Notes: generated by a model not told the origin, from the letters alone. DNA of 64,000 nt from Syntrophales bacterium (GCA_026417625.1 JAOACW010000005.1:64456-128455); one strand, 5' to 3'; shown: positions 1-10,031, counted from the stretch's first letter. Translations and numbers: made by a program.

Positions 1-1
1 G

Positions 2-790
2 GATATAACTTTAAGGGCAATTAGAATTTTGAAAGAGGTTGACCTTGTTACTGCTGAAGATACGAGAAGAACCAAGATACTTTTTAATAGGTACGAAATT
101 AGAACGCCTCTTATGAGTCTCCACTCCTACAATGAATATAGAATGGTTCCCCTAATTATCGAGAAACTTCTAAATGGCATGTCAGTAGCTTACTGTTGTG
201 ATGCTGGTACCCCTGGTATATCTGATCCTGGTTATCTTTTGATAAAGAAGGCGATCGAGAAAAATTTGCGGGTAGTTCCAGTTCCAGGGCCGTCGGCGAT
301 TATTACTGCAGTCTCAGTTTCAGGTTTGCCCATGTCGTCGTTCGCCTTTCTTGGCTTTTTACCCCAAAAGTCTAATAAACGGCGGGAGATATTGCAAAAA
401 TTCGTTGATGAACAGAGAACCTTAGTCTTTTTTGAATCCCCACGCAGGCTTAAAGTATGTCTGGAAGATATTAAAAAAATTTTGGGTAATAGGAGGGTGG
501 TTATCTGCTTGGAATTGACGAAGATCCACGAGCGGTTTATCCGCGGATATTTGGAGGATGTGCTTTTAGAGGTGGGCGATTATCCCTTAAAAGGTGAAGT
601 AACAGTGGTTGTTGAAGGGGCAAGTGAGAGGGAAAAAGTGTTTGATCCACAATTGGTGAAGAAAAAATTGGATGAATTGAGGAGCAGTACCACGCTTTCC
701 CTTCGCGATTGTATTAAAAAAGTTGCAGAAGAATTGGGTATATCAAAAAAGGAGGTCTACAGGGTTGCTTTGATGAAGGATTTACCTTGA
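2..790 (+). CDS. rsmI: 16S rRNA (cytidine1402-2'-O)-methyltransferase RsmI, 5'-truncated by the window edge
   Basis: The frame is open from nt 2 (DITLRAIRILKEVDLVTAEDTRRT...). AEDTRRT and DAGTPGISDPG motifs match the tetrapyrrole-methylase-fold RsmI family. The TTG at 29 in the ORF track is internal. Confidence 0.85.
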   Translation, partial: DITLRAIRILKEVDLVTAEDTRRTKILFNRYEIRTPLMSLHSYNEYRMVPLIIEKLLNGMSVAYCCDAGTPGISDPGYLLIKKAIEKNLRVVPVPGPSAIITAVSVSGLPMSSFAFLGFLPQKSNKRREILQKFVDEQRTLVFFESPRRLKVCLEDIKKILGNRRVVICLELTKIHERFIRGYLEDVLLEVGDYPLKGEVTVVVEGASEREKVFDPQLVKKKLDELRSSTTLSLRDCIKKVAEELGISKKEVYRVALMKDLP

Positions 791-838
791 AATAAATTGG
801 TTTCTTGTGGTAGGTGCATATTACACGTTTTTAGGGTC

Positions 839-1081
839 ATGATGGGTATGGATGGGCCAAAAGCAGGAGATAAGATTTACGATTTGACAGAAATCATAGA
901 GGAGGCACTTTCTGACAAGGAATTGGAGAGTAAAAAGACACGTATCGCAATTGTTAATTCCACGCTACAAGAGGAGATAGCACGCCGTGTGGAGGAAGTA
1001 ACGGAAAGAATAGCCCGTGAGATGATCCCAGACATTGTTGAGCGCGTAATTCGGGAAGAAATCGAAAAACTTAAGCGATGA
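839..1081 (+). CDS. Small acidic, predicted helical protein of unknown function
   Basis: ATG cluster at 839/842/848. The stop overlaps the next start (ATGA at 1078). The E/R-rich C-terminus reads ...RIAREMIPDIVERVIREEIEKLKR. No family recognised. The TTG at 797 is less likely to be the start. Confidence 0.45.
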   Translation: MMGMDGPKAGDKIYDLTEIIEEALSDKELESKKTRIAIVNSTLQEEIARRVEEVTERIAREMIPDIVERVIREEIEKLKR

Positions 1082-1659
1082 ACCTTAATAAGTTCCGCTT
1101 TATTGTTCTCTTATTTGTTCTTCTCTTTGTCGGATGTTCCTTTAAGATTCATCATTATCTGGTCCCCGATTACGAGAAGAAACAAATCCGTTTGATAGCT
1201 GTTTTGCCGGTGGAGGCAGATTCATGTGATCCTGAACTGGCGGATTTATTGAGGAGAATGATTATAGACGCTCTGTACTTCAAAGGTTATCCAAAAATAT
1301 CTATTCAAAGTACCGATGAAAAAGTGATTGCATCGAAGCCTGAAGATTTAAATCAGAGACAACTATTAGAACCACATATTGGTGTTGATGCGATTTTGCG
1401 AGCGAAACTCGTGGAGCTCTCCACAAAATTTAACTTCATTTTTGCAACAGTGAACATAAGAGTTGATCTCGAATTGTTCAGTACGCGAACAGGTGAATTG
1501 TTGTGGGGAACTTCTCTAAAGGAATCGGAGATAGTAATGGATGTTACACCTAGTAGACTTCGTTTAAAAACAGCCCAGTTTTATGAACTGTCGATCCAGA
1601 CGATAGTTGAAAGGGCTATGAAAACTTTTCCTGAAGCATTTGGTATGGAGGAGGCGTAA
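1078..1659 (+). CDS. Lipoprotein, DUF799/GNA1162-like (COG4380-type)
   Basis: Signal peptide with lipobox (LLFVGC). The pattern VLPVEA..D...A..L......L..KGYP ... GVDAILRAKL ... TRTGELLWG resembles DUF799 lipoproteins. Translationally coupled on both sides. Confidence 0.6.
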   Translation: MNLNKFRFIVLLFVLLFVGCSFKIHHYLVPDYEKKQIRLIAVLPVEADSCDPELADLLRRMIIDALYFKGYPKISIQSTDEKVIASKPEDLNQRQLLEPHIGVDAILRAKLVELSTKFNFIFATVNIRVDLELFSTRTGELLWGTSLKESEIVMDVTPSRLRLKTAQFYELSIQTIVERAMKTFPEAFGMEEA

Positions 1660-2424
1660 ATGTTCGAGGTTAGTAGAGCGGCCATTGCTGTTGTGTGTGT
1701 TTTTTTCTTGATGGTCACTAATGTACAGGCGGTGCCAACATCTACTCTTAGAATTAGTGGTGAGGCCCGTATTGGGTATCTCGATGGAGAAGTGAAAATT
1801 TTGCCTAAAGGAAGTGACTCATGGAGGGATTTAGAAAAAAGGGATCTGCTTAGAGATGGTGATGAGGTAAAACTCGGTAAGAATGCAAGACTTGAAATTG
1901 TTCTTGTGGACAATTCAAAAATCCGTTTTGCTGAAGGTACACGATTTAAATTGATTCAAGTCCCTAAAGAAGCGAGCGAGAATACGAGGGTGCACCTTTT
2001 AGTAGGTCGAACATGGGTAAATGTTCGTACTGCAGTTGGTGTAAAGAAAAAATTTGAAGTGGCTTGTGACAATGCTGTGGCTGGTATTCGTGGTACCGTA
2101 TATAGGATGAATGTCCATGAAGACAAATCGGCGCTTATACGGGTTTACGAGGGAGAAGTCGCGGTTTGGGGAGCTTTTAGCCCTTTAGATGTTGATCGAA
2201 CGGAAGAAATTTTTGGAAAAAAACCTACGCCTGTTGAAGGTCCAAAAAGAGTTCCGGGGCCTACTAGGATAACAATGGAAGAATGGACAGTGCTACTCAA
2301 AGCTATGCAGGAGGTATCTGTAAGTAGCGATGGAAAACCAGGAAAACCCCGCATTTTTACTGATCAGGAAGACCGGGACGATTGGGTAGAATGGAACAGG
2401 ATGAGAGACCGAGAAAACAGGTGA
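1660..2424 (+). CDS. Exported FecR-domain protein
   Basis: Signal peptide (...VTNVQA). FecR-domain signature (GDEVKLGKNARLEIVLVDNSKIRFAEGTRFKL ... AVAGIRGTVY). Starts directly after the stop of the lipoprotein gene (TAAATG). Confidence 0.7.
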   Translation: MFEVSRAAIAVVCVFFLMVTNVQAVPTSTLRISGEARIGYLDGEVKILPKGSDSWRDLEKRDLLRDGDEVKLGKNARLEIVLVDNSKIRFAEGTRFKLIQVPKEASENTRVHLLVGRTWVNVRTAVGVKKKFEVACDNAVAGIRGTVYRMNVHEDKSALIRVYEGEVAVWGAFSPLDVDRTEEIFGKKPTPVEGPKRVPGPTRITMEEWTVLLKAMQEVSVSSDGKPGKPRIFTDQEDRDDWVEWNRMRDRENR

Positions 2425-2469
2425 TGTTTAGAGATAAGTTAGTTCTGCTTTTGATAATGAATTTTTTGA

Positions 2470-3021
2470 GTGGCTGATGTGAATCTACCCAACTTGTTTA
2501 CATTACTGCGTATTATATTTGTTCCAATTATTGTGATATTTCTGATTCAAGAATCCTATTGGAGTGCTTTTGTGTTTTTTGTTTTATCAGGTATTACGGA
2601 TGGTTTGGACGGTTTTTTTGCCCGGATTCTGAATCAAAGAACCATAATTGGGGCGTATCTGGACCCAATCGCAGATAAGGCACTTGTCATGAGTTGTTTC
2701 ATTACGCTCTCTGTAAAACATCTGATACCTGGATGGTTAAGTGTCATTGTGGTTAGTAGAGATTGTATTATCTTGGTGGGTATTTGCTTGCTTGCCCTGA
2801 TGTCAGTGCCGCTTGAGATAAAACCTTCTTACATAAGCAAAGTAACAACTCTCGTTCAGTTGGCCACTATACTTTGGGTTCTCCTGGAGTTGAGCACGGG
2901 ACACGGTGTTGTGCAAAAGGATGTAGCTCATATTTTATATGGGGTAACTGCTCTGCTGACTACAATCTCGGGACTTGATTATATTCGGAAAGGTATAAAG
3001 CTTGTAAACAGTAAAGAATAG
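2470..3021 (+). CDS. pgsA: CDP-diacylglycerol--glycerol-3-phosphate 3-phosphatidyltransferase (CDP-alcohol phosphatidyltransferase family)
   Basis: D-G-x2-A-R-x8-G-x3-D-x3-D motif (DGLDGFFARILNQRTIIGAYLDPIADK) and several TM segments. GTG start. Confidence 0.85.
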   Translation: MADVNLPNLFTLLRIIFVPIIVIFLIQESYWSAFVFFVLSGITDGLDGFFARILNQRTIIGAYLDPIADKALVMSCFITLSVKHLIPGWLSVIVVSRDCIILVGICLLALMSVPLEIKPSYISKVTTLVQLATILWVLLELSTGHGVVQKDVAHILYGVTALLTTISGLDYIRKGIKLVNSKE

Positions 3022-3089
3022 AGCAAAGGTGAATCTTTTTGACTTGACAGAAGGAGATTTTGCTGTTAAAGGCTTTTAAAAGGTTATGC

Positions 3090-3164
3090 AGGCACGTAGC
3101 TCAGGGGGAGAGCGCCATCCTGACGCGGTGGATGTCCAGGGTTCAAATCCCTGCGTGCCTACCA
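3090..3164 (+). tRNA. tRNA-Val (anticodon GAC)
   Basis: Cloverleaf folded by hand. Acceptor AGGCACG/CGTGCCT, D-arm GCTC..GAGC, anticodon stem CCATC/GGTGG with loop CTGACGC, T-arm CAGGG-TTCAAAT-CCCTG, encoded CCA. Confidence 0.9.
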
Positions 3165-3174
3165 TTTTGAAGAA

Positions 3175-3205
3175 AAGGGCATCTGGAGTGGGGATGCCCT
3201 TATTT
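3175..3205 (+). terminator. Hairpin after tRNA-Val (possible terminator or processing structure)
   Basis: AAGGGCATC (3175-3183) pairs with GATGCCCTT (3193-3201), followed by ATTT. The T-tract is weak. Confidence 0.35.
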
Positions 3206-3227
3206 AATGATAGAAAGAGGTAATCAC

Positions 3228-5144
3228 GTGTCGAAAATTAAAGTACGTTGGTCTGATGGTATGGAATGTACCTATGATGAGGGTATAACGATCAGTGATG
3301 CGATTACGAAGTGGAAACCGGAAATTATCAAGAATACTGTTGCTGCTAAATTGAATGGCTTTGCCGTAGATTTGTCCACGCCTATTAGTGAAGATGTGAC
3401 GGTTGAGCCAATTGATATTCACTCGAGGGAAGGTTTGTTGATTTTACGTCATAGTACTTCCCATATTATGGCCCAAGCTGTCCAGGATCTTTTTTCCGGT
3501 GTCAAAGTGGCGATAGGGCCTGCCATTGAAGATGGTTTTTATTACGACTTTGATTACGAAAAGTCGTTTACCCCTGATGATTTGGAAAGAATCGAAGGCA
3601 GAATGAAAGAGATAATTGCAGCGGATCATCCTTTTGTAAGAAAGTTGCTTAGTAGGGATGAAGCCGTTTCCCTCTTTAAAGAGAGAGGTGAAGTGTATAA
3701 AGTCGAACTAATAAATGATCTCCCTGAAGAGGTTAAAATTGTAAGTCTGTATGCGCAGAATGGATTTATTGACCTTTGCCGGGGTCCCCATATTCCATCG
3801 ACAGGTATGGTGAAGGCGTTTAAACTTCTTAATGTGGCGGGTGCATACTGGCGTGGAGATGAGAGGAACCGGATGTTACAGAGGATATACGGTACTGCTT
3901 TTGCCACTGAAGATGAGTTGCAGGATTACTTAAGGAGTTTGGAGGAAGCGAAAAAACGTGACCACCGTAGGTTGGGTCGAGAACTTGATCTTTTCCAGAT
4001 GAACGAGGAAATAGGGCCGGGGCTCATTATATTTCACCCTAAAGGAATGATGCTACGTTATATTATTGAGGAGTGGGAACGTAAGGAACATATAAAAAGA
4101 GGTTATCAAATGGTCATGGGTCCGCAGATACTCAAGGAGGATCTGTGGAAACGTTCCGGGCATTTTGACCATTACCGGGAGAACATGTATTTCACGCAGG
4201 TAGAAGGGCAGGGGTACGGTCTTAAACCTATGAACTGTCTCGCCCATATGCTCATTTACAAGTCTAAGATCCGCAGTTATAGGGACCTACCGATCAGATA
4301 TTTTGAATTGGGTACTGTACACAGACATGAAAAAACGGGTGTGCTTCATGGCCTAATGAGAGCGCGCCAATTTACCCAGGATGATGCTCACATTTTGTGT
4401 ACACCAGAGCAGTTAAACGATGAGATCAAAGGTATTGCTGATTTTGTGGCTTACGCTATGAAGATTTTCGGATTTGAATATGATGTAGAACTTTCCACAA
4501 GGCCAGAGAACTCAATAGGGTCTGATAGGGACTGGGAGCTGGCTACTTCAGCTCTGGAGAATGCCCTTATCGATCTGAAATTGCCATACGAGATTAACAA
4601 AGGTGAAGGGGCGTTTTATGGACCTAAGATTGATTTTAAGTTGAAAGACGCTTTAAAGCGAAAATGGCAATGCGCTACGATTCAGTGTGATTTTACCTTA
4701 CCTGAACGTTTTGATCTGTGGTACGTAGGACCTGATGGAGAAAAGCATCGTCCCGTTATGCTCCATAGAGTTATTCTGGGAGCTATAGAACGGTTTATGG
4801 GTGTATTGATTGAACATTACGGTGGTGCTTTTCCCGTTTGGTTATCTCCTGTTCAGGCTGTTATTCTCACCGTAACAGAAAGGCATATACCGTACGCGGA
4901 AGAGGTGTATAGACGGTTGACTGATGCGTCCGTACGTGTGGAAAAGTCTTTTGGCAACGAAAAGTTAGGGTACAAAGTTAGAGAAGCCCAGTTACAGAAG
5001 ATCCCTTATATGCTTGTGATTGGGGACCGCGAGGTAAATGATAGAAAAGTGACGCCGCGGTATCGTGATGGAACAAATTTGGGTCCCATGGACGTGGAGA
5101 ATTTCGTAGCTCTTGTGAACGAAAAGAACCGTTTATACCAATGA
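3228..5144 (+). CDS. thrS: Threonine--tRNA ligase
   Basis: Full-length ThrS (TGS, editing, class II core, anticodon-binding regions; HRHE..G, FTQDDAH motifs). GTG at 3228 follows a strong SD (AAAGAGG, 3214-3220). The ATG at 3207 has no SD and overlaps the hairpin. Confidence 0.95.
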   Translation: MSKIKVRWSDGMECTYDEGITISDAITKWKPEIIKNTVAAKLNGFAVDLSTPISEDVTVEPIDIHSREGLLILRHSTSHIMAQAVQDLFSGVKVAIGPAIEDGFYYDFDYEKSFTPDDLERIEGRMKEIIAADHPFVRKLLSRDEAVSLFKERGEVYKVELINDLPEEVKIVSLYAQNGFIDLCRGPHIPSTGMVKAFKLLNVAGAYWRGDERNRMLQRIYGTAFATEDELQDYLRSLEEAKKRDHRRLGRELDLFQMNEEIGPGLIIFHPKGMMLRYIIEEWERKEHIKRGYQMVMGPQILKEDLWKRSGHFDHYRENMYFTQVEGQGYGLKPMNCLAHMLIYKSKIRSYRDLPIRYFELGTVHRHEKTGVLHGLMRARQFTQDDAHILCTPEQLNDEIKGIADFVAYAMKIFGFEYDVELSTRPENSIGSDRDWELATSALENALIDLKLPYEINKGEGAFYGPKIDFKLKDALKRKWQCATIQCDFTLPERFDLWYVGPDGEKHRPVMLHRVILGAIERFMGVLIEHYGGAFPVWLSPVQAVILTVTERHIPYAEEVYRRLTDASVRVEKSFGNEKLGYKVREAQLQKIPYMLVIGDREVNDRKVTPRYRDGTNLGPMDVENFVALVNEKNRLYQ

Positions 5145-5174
5145 TATAAAAAGGAATTTTTAGGGAGGGTTACT

Positions 5175-5687
5175 ATACAGTTCAAAAATTTAAGAGTTAA
5201 CGAGGAAATAACTGCCCCCGTAGTTCGTCTAATAGCTGAAGAAGGAAAACAGTTAGGTATTTTCTCCATTAGAGAGGCGTTGGAGAGAGCGGCCGAAGCA
5301 GGACTTGATTTGGTGGAGGTAGCGCCAACGGCTAATCCACCAGTATGCCGTATAATGGATTATGGGAAATACAGGTACCAGCAGAGCAAGAAATTACAGG
5401 ATGCTAAAAAGAGTCAGGCTATAATACAGGTTAAGGAGATACGATTGCGTCCAAAAACGGAGGCCCACGATCTCAAGGTTAAGATTAGGCATATTAGGAG
5501 GTTTCTAGAGCAAAAAGATAAGGTTAAGGTGACAATGATGTTCCGAGGGCGGGAGATAGTTTTTGCTGACATGGCTTTGAAAACAATGGAGGAAATTGTG
5601 GATGCTTTAAAAGACGTTTGTGTTGTGGACCAGCAGCCCAAACTGGATGGTCGAAATATGGTAATGGTACTTTCACCAAAGAGGTAA
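5175..5687 (+). CDS. infC: Translation initiation factor IF-3, predicted non-AUG (AUA) start
   Basis: The frame is open from 5145 and encodes QFKNLRVNEEITAPVVRLIAEEGKQLGIFSIREALERA upstream of the track's ATG at 5280. This is the conserved IF-3 N-domain. SD GGGAGGG (5163-5169) lies 5 nt before ATA at 5175. No ATG/GTG/TTG is in frame. Confidence 0.85.
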   Translation: MQFKNLRVNEEITAPVVRLIAEEGKQLGIFSIREALERAAEAGLDLVEVAPTANPPVCRIMDYGKYRYQQSKKLQDAKKSQAIIQVKEIRLRPKTEAHDLKVKIRHIRRFLEQKDKVKVTMMFRGREIVFADMALKTMEEIVDALKDVCVVDQQPKLDGRNMVMVLSPKR

Positions 5688-5698
5688 GGAGATAGAAC

Positions 5699-5899
5699 AT
5701 GCCGAAACTAAAATCAAACAGAGGAGTATTGAAGAGATTTTCCGTTACAGGTTCAGGTAAGATTAAGAGGAGGAAAGCATTTGCCAATCATCTTCTTTCG
5801 TCTAAATCCATGAAGAGAAAGAGGAGGTTGCGAAAGCCTGCTATAGTGGACATAACGAACGCTAACGCTATTAAAAGACTAATGCCATACAGTATCTAA
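5699..5899 (+). CDS. rpmI: 50S ribosomal protein L35
   Basis: [25 protein letters not shown] signature. Position between infC and rplT. Confidence 0.95.
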   Translation: MPKLKSNRGVLKRFSVTGSGKIKRRKAFANHLLSSKSMKRKRRLRKPAIVDITNANAIKRLMPYSI

Positions 5900-5911
5900 G
5901 GAGTGACAACT

Positions 5912-6262
5912 ATGCCACGGATGAAAAGAGCGGTAACTGCGAAGAAGAAGAGAAGAAAAATTCTGAAAATGGCCAAAGGTTATTATGGGGCTCGTAGCCG
6001 GCTGATAAGAACAGCAACTGAAGCTGTAAATAGGGCGTTGAAGTACGCTTATCGTGATCGCAGGACGCGTAAAAGGGAGTTTCGTAAACTCTGGATTGCA
6101 AGAATTAACGCGGCTGTCAGAAATCATGGTCTTTCTTACAGTAAGTTTATTGATGCTCTAAAGAAGGCCAATGTAAACCTAGATAGAAAGGTTCTCGCTG
6201 ACATTGCTGTAAATGATCCTTCTGGGTTCAAACACATAGTCCACTTCGTGACAGGAACTTGA
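5912..6262 (+). CDS. rplT: 50S ribosomal protein L20
   Basis: [30 protein letters not shown]... signature. ATG at 5912 is preceded by AAGGAG (5898-5903). Confidence 0.95.
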   Translation: MPRMKRAVTAKKKRRKILKMAKGYYGARSRLIRTATEAVNRALKYAYRDRRTRKREFRKLWIARINAAVRNHGLSYSKFIDALKKANVNLDRKVLADIAVNDPSGFKHIVHFVTGT

Positions 6263-6265
6263 TAG

Positions 6266-7282
6266 ATGCTAGAAAGCCTAGAAAATATTTTGCAAGAGGC
6301 AGTGAGGGAAATAGAGGCCTCATCCACTGAGGAGTCATTGCGTGGCCTGAAAGTAAAGTATTTGGGAAGAAAGGGTATTCTTACGAACATTTTACGAAAC
6401 ATTGGGAAGATACCTGAAGAAGAGAGGGCTAAATTTGGGCAGAGGGTAAATGAGATAAAAGAAATTTTAACAGAAAGAATCGAAGTAGCACTGAAAGAAG
6501 TTGTTTCCATCGCTCTTGAGAAACGGTTGAAAGATGAAAAATTGGATGTAACCCTGCCAGGAAGAAGTGCATCATGTGGGCATGTTCATCCCATTACTCA
6601 TATTCGTATGGAAATCTGTGATATCTTTGGTAGGCTGGGGTACAGTATAATTGAAGGCCCGGAGGTTGAAACTGATTACTACAATTTTGAGGCTCTAAAT
6701 ATACCGAAAGATCATCCTGCGAGGGATATGCAGGGGACATTCTACATAGATGAAGATGTGGTTTTGAGGACGCATACATCGCCTGTTCAAATACGGGCAA
6801 TGGAGAACATGAAACCTCCGTTCAAGATTCTCTCACCTGGAAGGGTCTACCGACCTGATTCCGATGTTTCACATACCCCGATGTTTCATCAGATTGAAGG
6901 TCTTGCAGTCGATGAGGGAATCACCTTTGCAGATTTAAAGGGGACTTTAACGTATTTTTTGCGCCAGTTATTTGGGAGTGATGTCACGCTCCGGTTTCGT
7001 CCCAGTTTTTTTCCGTTTACAGAACCCAGCGCCGAAGTAGATATACAATGTGTAGTATGCCAGGGTATGGGGTGTCGTGTTTGTGGTCAGAGTGGTTGGT
7101 TGGAAATTTTAGGGTCCGGGATGGTTGATCCAGTGGTTTTTGATAACGTAGGATACGATTCTGAAAGATGGACAGGTTTTGCTTTTGGGCTAGGAGTTGA
7201 ACGCATAGCAATGTTGAAGTTCGGCATTTCGGATATACGACAATTTTTCGAGAACGATTGGCGTTTTTTGGAACAGTTTTAA
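6266..7282 (+). CDS. pheS: Phenylalanine--tRNA ligase alpha subunit
   Basis: Class II aaRS motifs (HPARDMQGTFY, FRPSFFPFTEPS, GFAFGLGVERIAML). Confidence 0.95.
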   Translation: MLESLENILQEAVREIEASSTEESLRGLKVKYLGRKGILTNILRNIGKIPEEERAKFGQRVNEIKEILTERIEVALKEVVSIALEKRLKDEKLDVTLPGRSASCGHVHPITHIRMEICDIFGRLGYSIIEGPEVETDYYNFEALNIPKDHPARDMQGTFYIDEDVVLRTHTSPVQIRAMENMKPPFKILSPGRVYRPDSDVSHTPMFHQIEGLAVDEGITFADLKGTLTYFLRQLFGSDVTLRFRPSFFPFTEPSAEVDIQCVVCQGMGCRVCGQSGWLEILGSGMVDPVVFDNVGYDSERWTGFAFGLGVERIAMLKFGISDIRQFFENDWRFLEQF

Positions 7283-9700
7283 ATGAAGGTAAGTCTAAAC
7301 TGGATCAGGGATTTTGTTGATATTGACATGGATGTCGGCGACCTTGCCAACAGGTTAACAATGGCAGGGTTGGAAGTAGAGGGGATTGAAAGTTTTGGCG
7401 TTGAATTCAGAAATGTGATTGTAGCCCGTATCGAGGAGGCAAAGCCACATCCATCTGCAGACAAGTTAAAGTTGTGCACTGTCAATACAGGAAAAGAGTT
7501 CCTTCCTATTGTATGTGGGGCATCGAACGTTCGAAAGGGTGTGTATGTGGCTCTCGCAAAGGTAGGAGCAACACTACCGGGAGGTTACACTATAAAAAGT
7601 GTTAGAATCAGAGGTGAAATATCTGAAGGGATGCTCTGTTCTGAAGCGGAATTGGGGATCAGTGAGGATCATTCAGGTGTCATGATACTGCCTGAAAACC
7701 TTCCTCTGGGGATGAACCTTGTTTCGGCTCTTAATCTAGAGGATGTTGTTTTTGAAGTGGCCGTGACTCCAAACCGGGGTGATTGTCTTTCGATTCTCGG
7801 GATCGCTCGAGAAATTGCTGCTATTACGGGCAAAAGTGTTAGGTATCCTAGTTTTACAGTTCAAGAAGACGAGGAAGATATACATGACATAACCTCGGTT
7901 ACAATTGAGGATCCAGATCTCTGCCCGCGTTATACTGCTCGTATCATTAGAAATATAACCGTGGGGCCTTCTCCACTTTGGATGAGGAGAAGACTTCAGG
8001 CTGTTGGATTGAGGGCTATAAACAATGCGGTAGATGTAACAAACTACGTGATGATGGAACTTGGACAGCCACTGCACGCTTTTGACTTTCGTTTTTTAGA
8101 GGAAGGAAGAATCGTAGTTCGGCAAGCACAGGAAGGTGAAAGGTTCTATTCTCTTGACGGCAAGGAGCGCATTCTCAGACGTGGTGTTCTTATGATATGT
8201 GATGGAGTGAAGCCAGTGGCTATCGCTGGTATAATGGGGGGGTTAAATTCAGAAGTAAAAGATGACACAACTACGATACTTTTAGAGAGTGCTTATTTCT
8301 CGCCGGCCTCAATCAGACGTTCCTCAAGATGGCTCGGTATGAATACCGATGCATCTTTTCGTTTTGAAAGGGGAATCGATCCTGAAGGGGTTATTAAGGC
8401 CCTTAACAGGGCAGCATCTCTTATTGCAGCACTCGGTGGTGGAGTCGTCTGCAGGGGTGTGATTGACAACTACCCCAAGAAGATAGTCACCGGGGTGCCA
8501 ATTTATCTGCGGTGGGAAAGATTAAATAGTGTTCTTGGTACGAGGATTTCAAGGGAGGAAATTGAAAGAATTTTAGTAGGTTTGGAGATGAAAGTCTCCC
8601 ATGGTGGGGATGATAAGATTGTAGTTATTCCCCCATCATTCAGAATGGACGTATGCCGTGAAATTGATCTGATCGAGGAAGTTGCCCGTATATATGGTTA
8701 CGAGAAGGTACCTGTTACACTTCCACCCACTAGAAATGAACCGGGTGGCATATCAGATAAGGAACAACTTGAGAGAGAAATTCGGGCTATTCTCAGAGGC
8801 TGTGGCTTTTCAGAAATAATAACTTACAGTTTCGTACCAGATAATTTTGCTACATATTTGAATCTTTCAGGCGGACCCCTAGTGGAAAAGACGCTAAGGA
8901 TTAAAAATCCACTTTCAGAAGAACAGTCTGTGATGCGGACGACAATGGCCTATAGTCTTATGGAAACAGTTGTGAGAAACGTCCGCCAGGGACAGAATGA
9001 TCTAAAATTCTTCGAGTTCGGAAAGATCTATCTGAGTCGTGAGGGAGAAACGTTGCCCGAAGAACAGTGGACTCTCGGCCTTGTGGGGACAGGATACCGT
9101 TATGGGGAAAGCTGGTATTATTCTAATTTATTCTTTGATTTCTATGATTTAAAAGGAATAGTTGAGAAAATACTTGAAGGATTACATATAGGTCGGGTTG
9201 ATTTTGAATCTTCAAAAGATATCGGGTACCTTCATCCTGGTAGAGCGTGTTTTGTGAGGTTGGGTGAGACGATTCTTGGATGTATTGGGGAGGTTCACCC
9301 CGAAGTTCAGATGAAATTTGATATTCAAAATCGTGTTATTGTGGCAGAACTTAATCTTGAAGCGCTTCTGAGTTTGTGGAAGGATAGACGTATATTTTAT
9401 CGCGAACTTTCAAAATTTCCTGTCAGTGTTAGGGATGCTGCGTTCCTAGTAGACAAGGATGTTGAGGCTAAGAAGCTTATTGAAGTGGCCAGAAGTCAAG
9501 GGGAGGAAGTTCTTGAAAATGTGATGATATTTGATGTATATGAGAGTGAAAAAATAGGAAAAGACAAGAAAAGCATAGGGCTAAGGTTTGTTTTCAGGTC
9601 TAAGGATCGGACGCTTACAGACTCTGAGGTTAACGCTGTGTATTATAAGCTTATCAGGGCAATAGAGGAAGCAGTTCCAGCTAAGCTGCGAAGTGTATAA
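7283..9700 (+). CDS. pheT: Phenylalanine--tRNA ligase beta subunit
   Basis: N-terminal tRNA-binding domain (KVSLNWIRDFVD...), B3/4, B5 and FDX-ACB regions. Immediately follows pheS. Confidence 0.95.
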   Translation: MKVSLNWIRDFVDIDMDVGDLANRLTMAGLEVEGIESFGVEFRNVIVARIEEAKPHPSADKLKLCTVNTGKEFLPIVCGASNVRKGVYVALAKVGATLPGGYTIKSVRIRGEISEGMLCSEAELGISEDHSGVMILPENLPLGMNLVSALNLEDVVFEVAVTPNRGDCLSILGIAREIAAITGKSVRYPSFTVQEDEEDIHDITSVTIEDPDLCPRYTARIIRNITVGPSPLWMRRRLQAVGLRAINNAVDVTNYVMMELGQPLHAFDFRFLEEGRIVVRQAQEGERFYSLDGKERILRRGVLMICDGVKPVAIAGIMGGLNSEVKDDTTTILLESAYFSPASIRRSSRWLGMNTDASFRFERGIDPEGVIKALNRAASLIAALGGGVVCRGVIDNYPKKIVTGVPIYLRWERLNSVLGTRISREEIERILVGLEMKVSHGGDDKIVVIPPSFRMDVCREIDLIEEVARIYGYEKVPVTLPPTRNEPGGISDKEQLEREIRAILRGCGFSEIITYSFVPDNFATYLNLSGGPLVEKTLRIKNPLSEEQSVMRTTMAYSLMETVVRNVRQGQNDLKFFEFGKIYLSREGETLPEEQWTLGLVGTGYRYGESWYYSNLFFDFYDLKGIVEKILEGLHIGRVDFESSKDIGYLHPGRACFVRLGETILGCIGEVHPEVQMKFDIQNRVIVAELNLEALLSLWKDRRIFYRELSKFPVSVRDAAFLVDKDVEAKKLIEVARSQGEEVLENVMIFDVYESEKIGKDKKSIGLRFVFRSKDRTLTDSEVNAVYYKLIRAIEEAVPAKLRSV

Positions 9701-9722
9701 AGTCGTTACTTGGGAGGAGTGC

Positions 9723-9998
9723 ATGACGAAGATAGATATTGTTCACGATATTTATGAGAAGATGGGGATATCAAAGAAAGATGCGGCTCGCATTTTGGAT
9801 TCACTTTTCGAACTTATGAAGAGTAAGCTTGCCCGCGGTGAAAAGATAAAAATATCTGGTTTTGGTAGCTTTGTCGTTAAGGAGAAAAGATCACGAAAGG
9901 GGAGGAACCCGCAGACAGGGGCTGAAATAATTATTTCAGCGAGAAGGGTATTGACCTTCAAATCAAGTCAAGTTCTCAGGAAAGCCATAAACAGTTGA
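9723..9998 (+). CDS. ihfA: Integration host factor alpha subunit (HU/IHF family)
   Basis: GFGSFVVKEKRSRKGRNPQTGAEIIISARRVLTFK arm motif. ATG at 9723 follows SD GGGAGGAG. Position after pheT as in E. coli himA. Confidence 0.85.
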   Translation: MTKIDIVHDIYEKMGISKKDAARILDSLFELMKSKLARGEKIKISGFGSFVVKEKRSRKGRNPQTGAEIIISARRVLTFKSSQVLRKAINS

Positions 9999-10031
9999 AA
10001 AAAGCCTCCTCACTAAATTGGGGGAGGGGTT

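Noticed and set aside
797-838. TTG/GTG-extended N-termini proposed by the ORF track for several genes. Examples: 797 small ORF, 5903 rplT, 9693 ihfA, 20556 regulator, 23715 rlmD, 38282 obg, 38648 csp, 44068 hpt, 45969 skp.
   Set aside because: In each case an internal ATG or GTG gives the canonical family N-terminus, has a better Shine-Dalgarno sequence, and removes overlap with the neighbouring gene or regulatory element.
1581-1913. Antisense or overlapping ORFs from the six-frame track. Examples: 1581-1913(-), 3626-3907(-), 6136-6510(-), 10415-10750(+), 18136-18840(+), 27380-28078(+), 30518-30946(+), 38055-38411(+), 41382-41699(-), 51623-52000(+).
   Set aside because: Each lies entirely within, and opposite to or out of frame with, a gene that has strong family-level support. 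Their translations are low-complexity or Ser/Leu/Arg-rich, as expected for shadow ORFs, and they carry no recognisable motifs.
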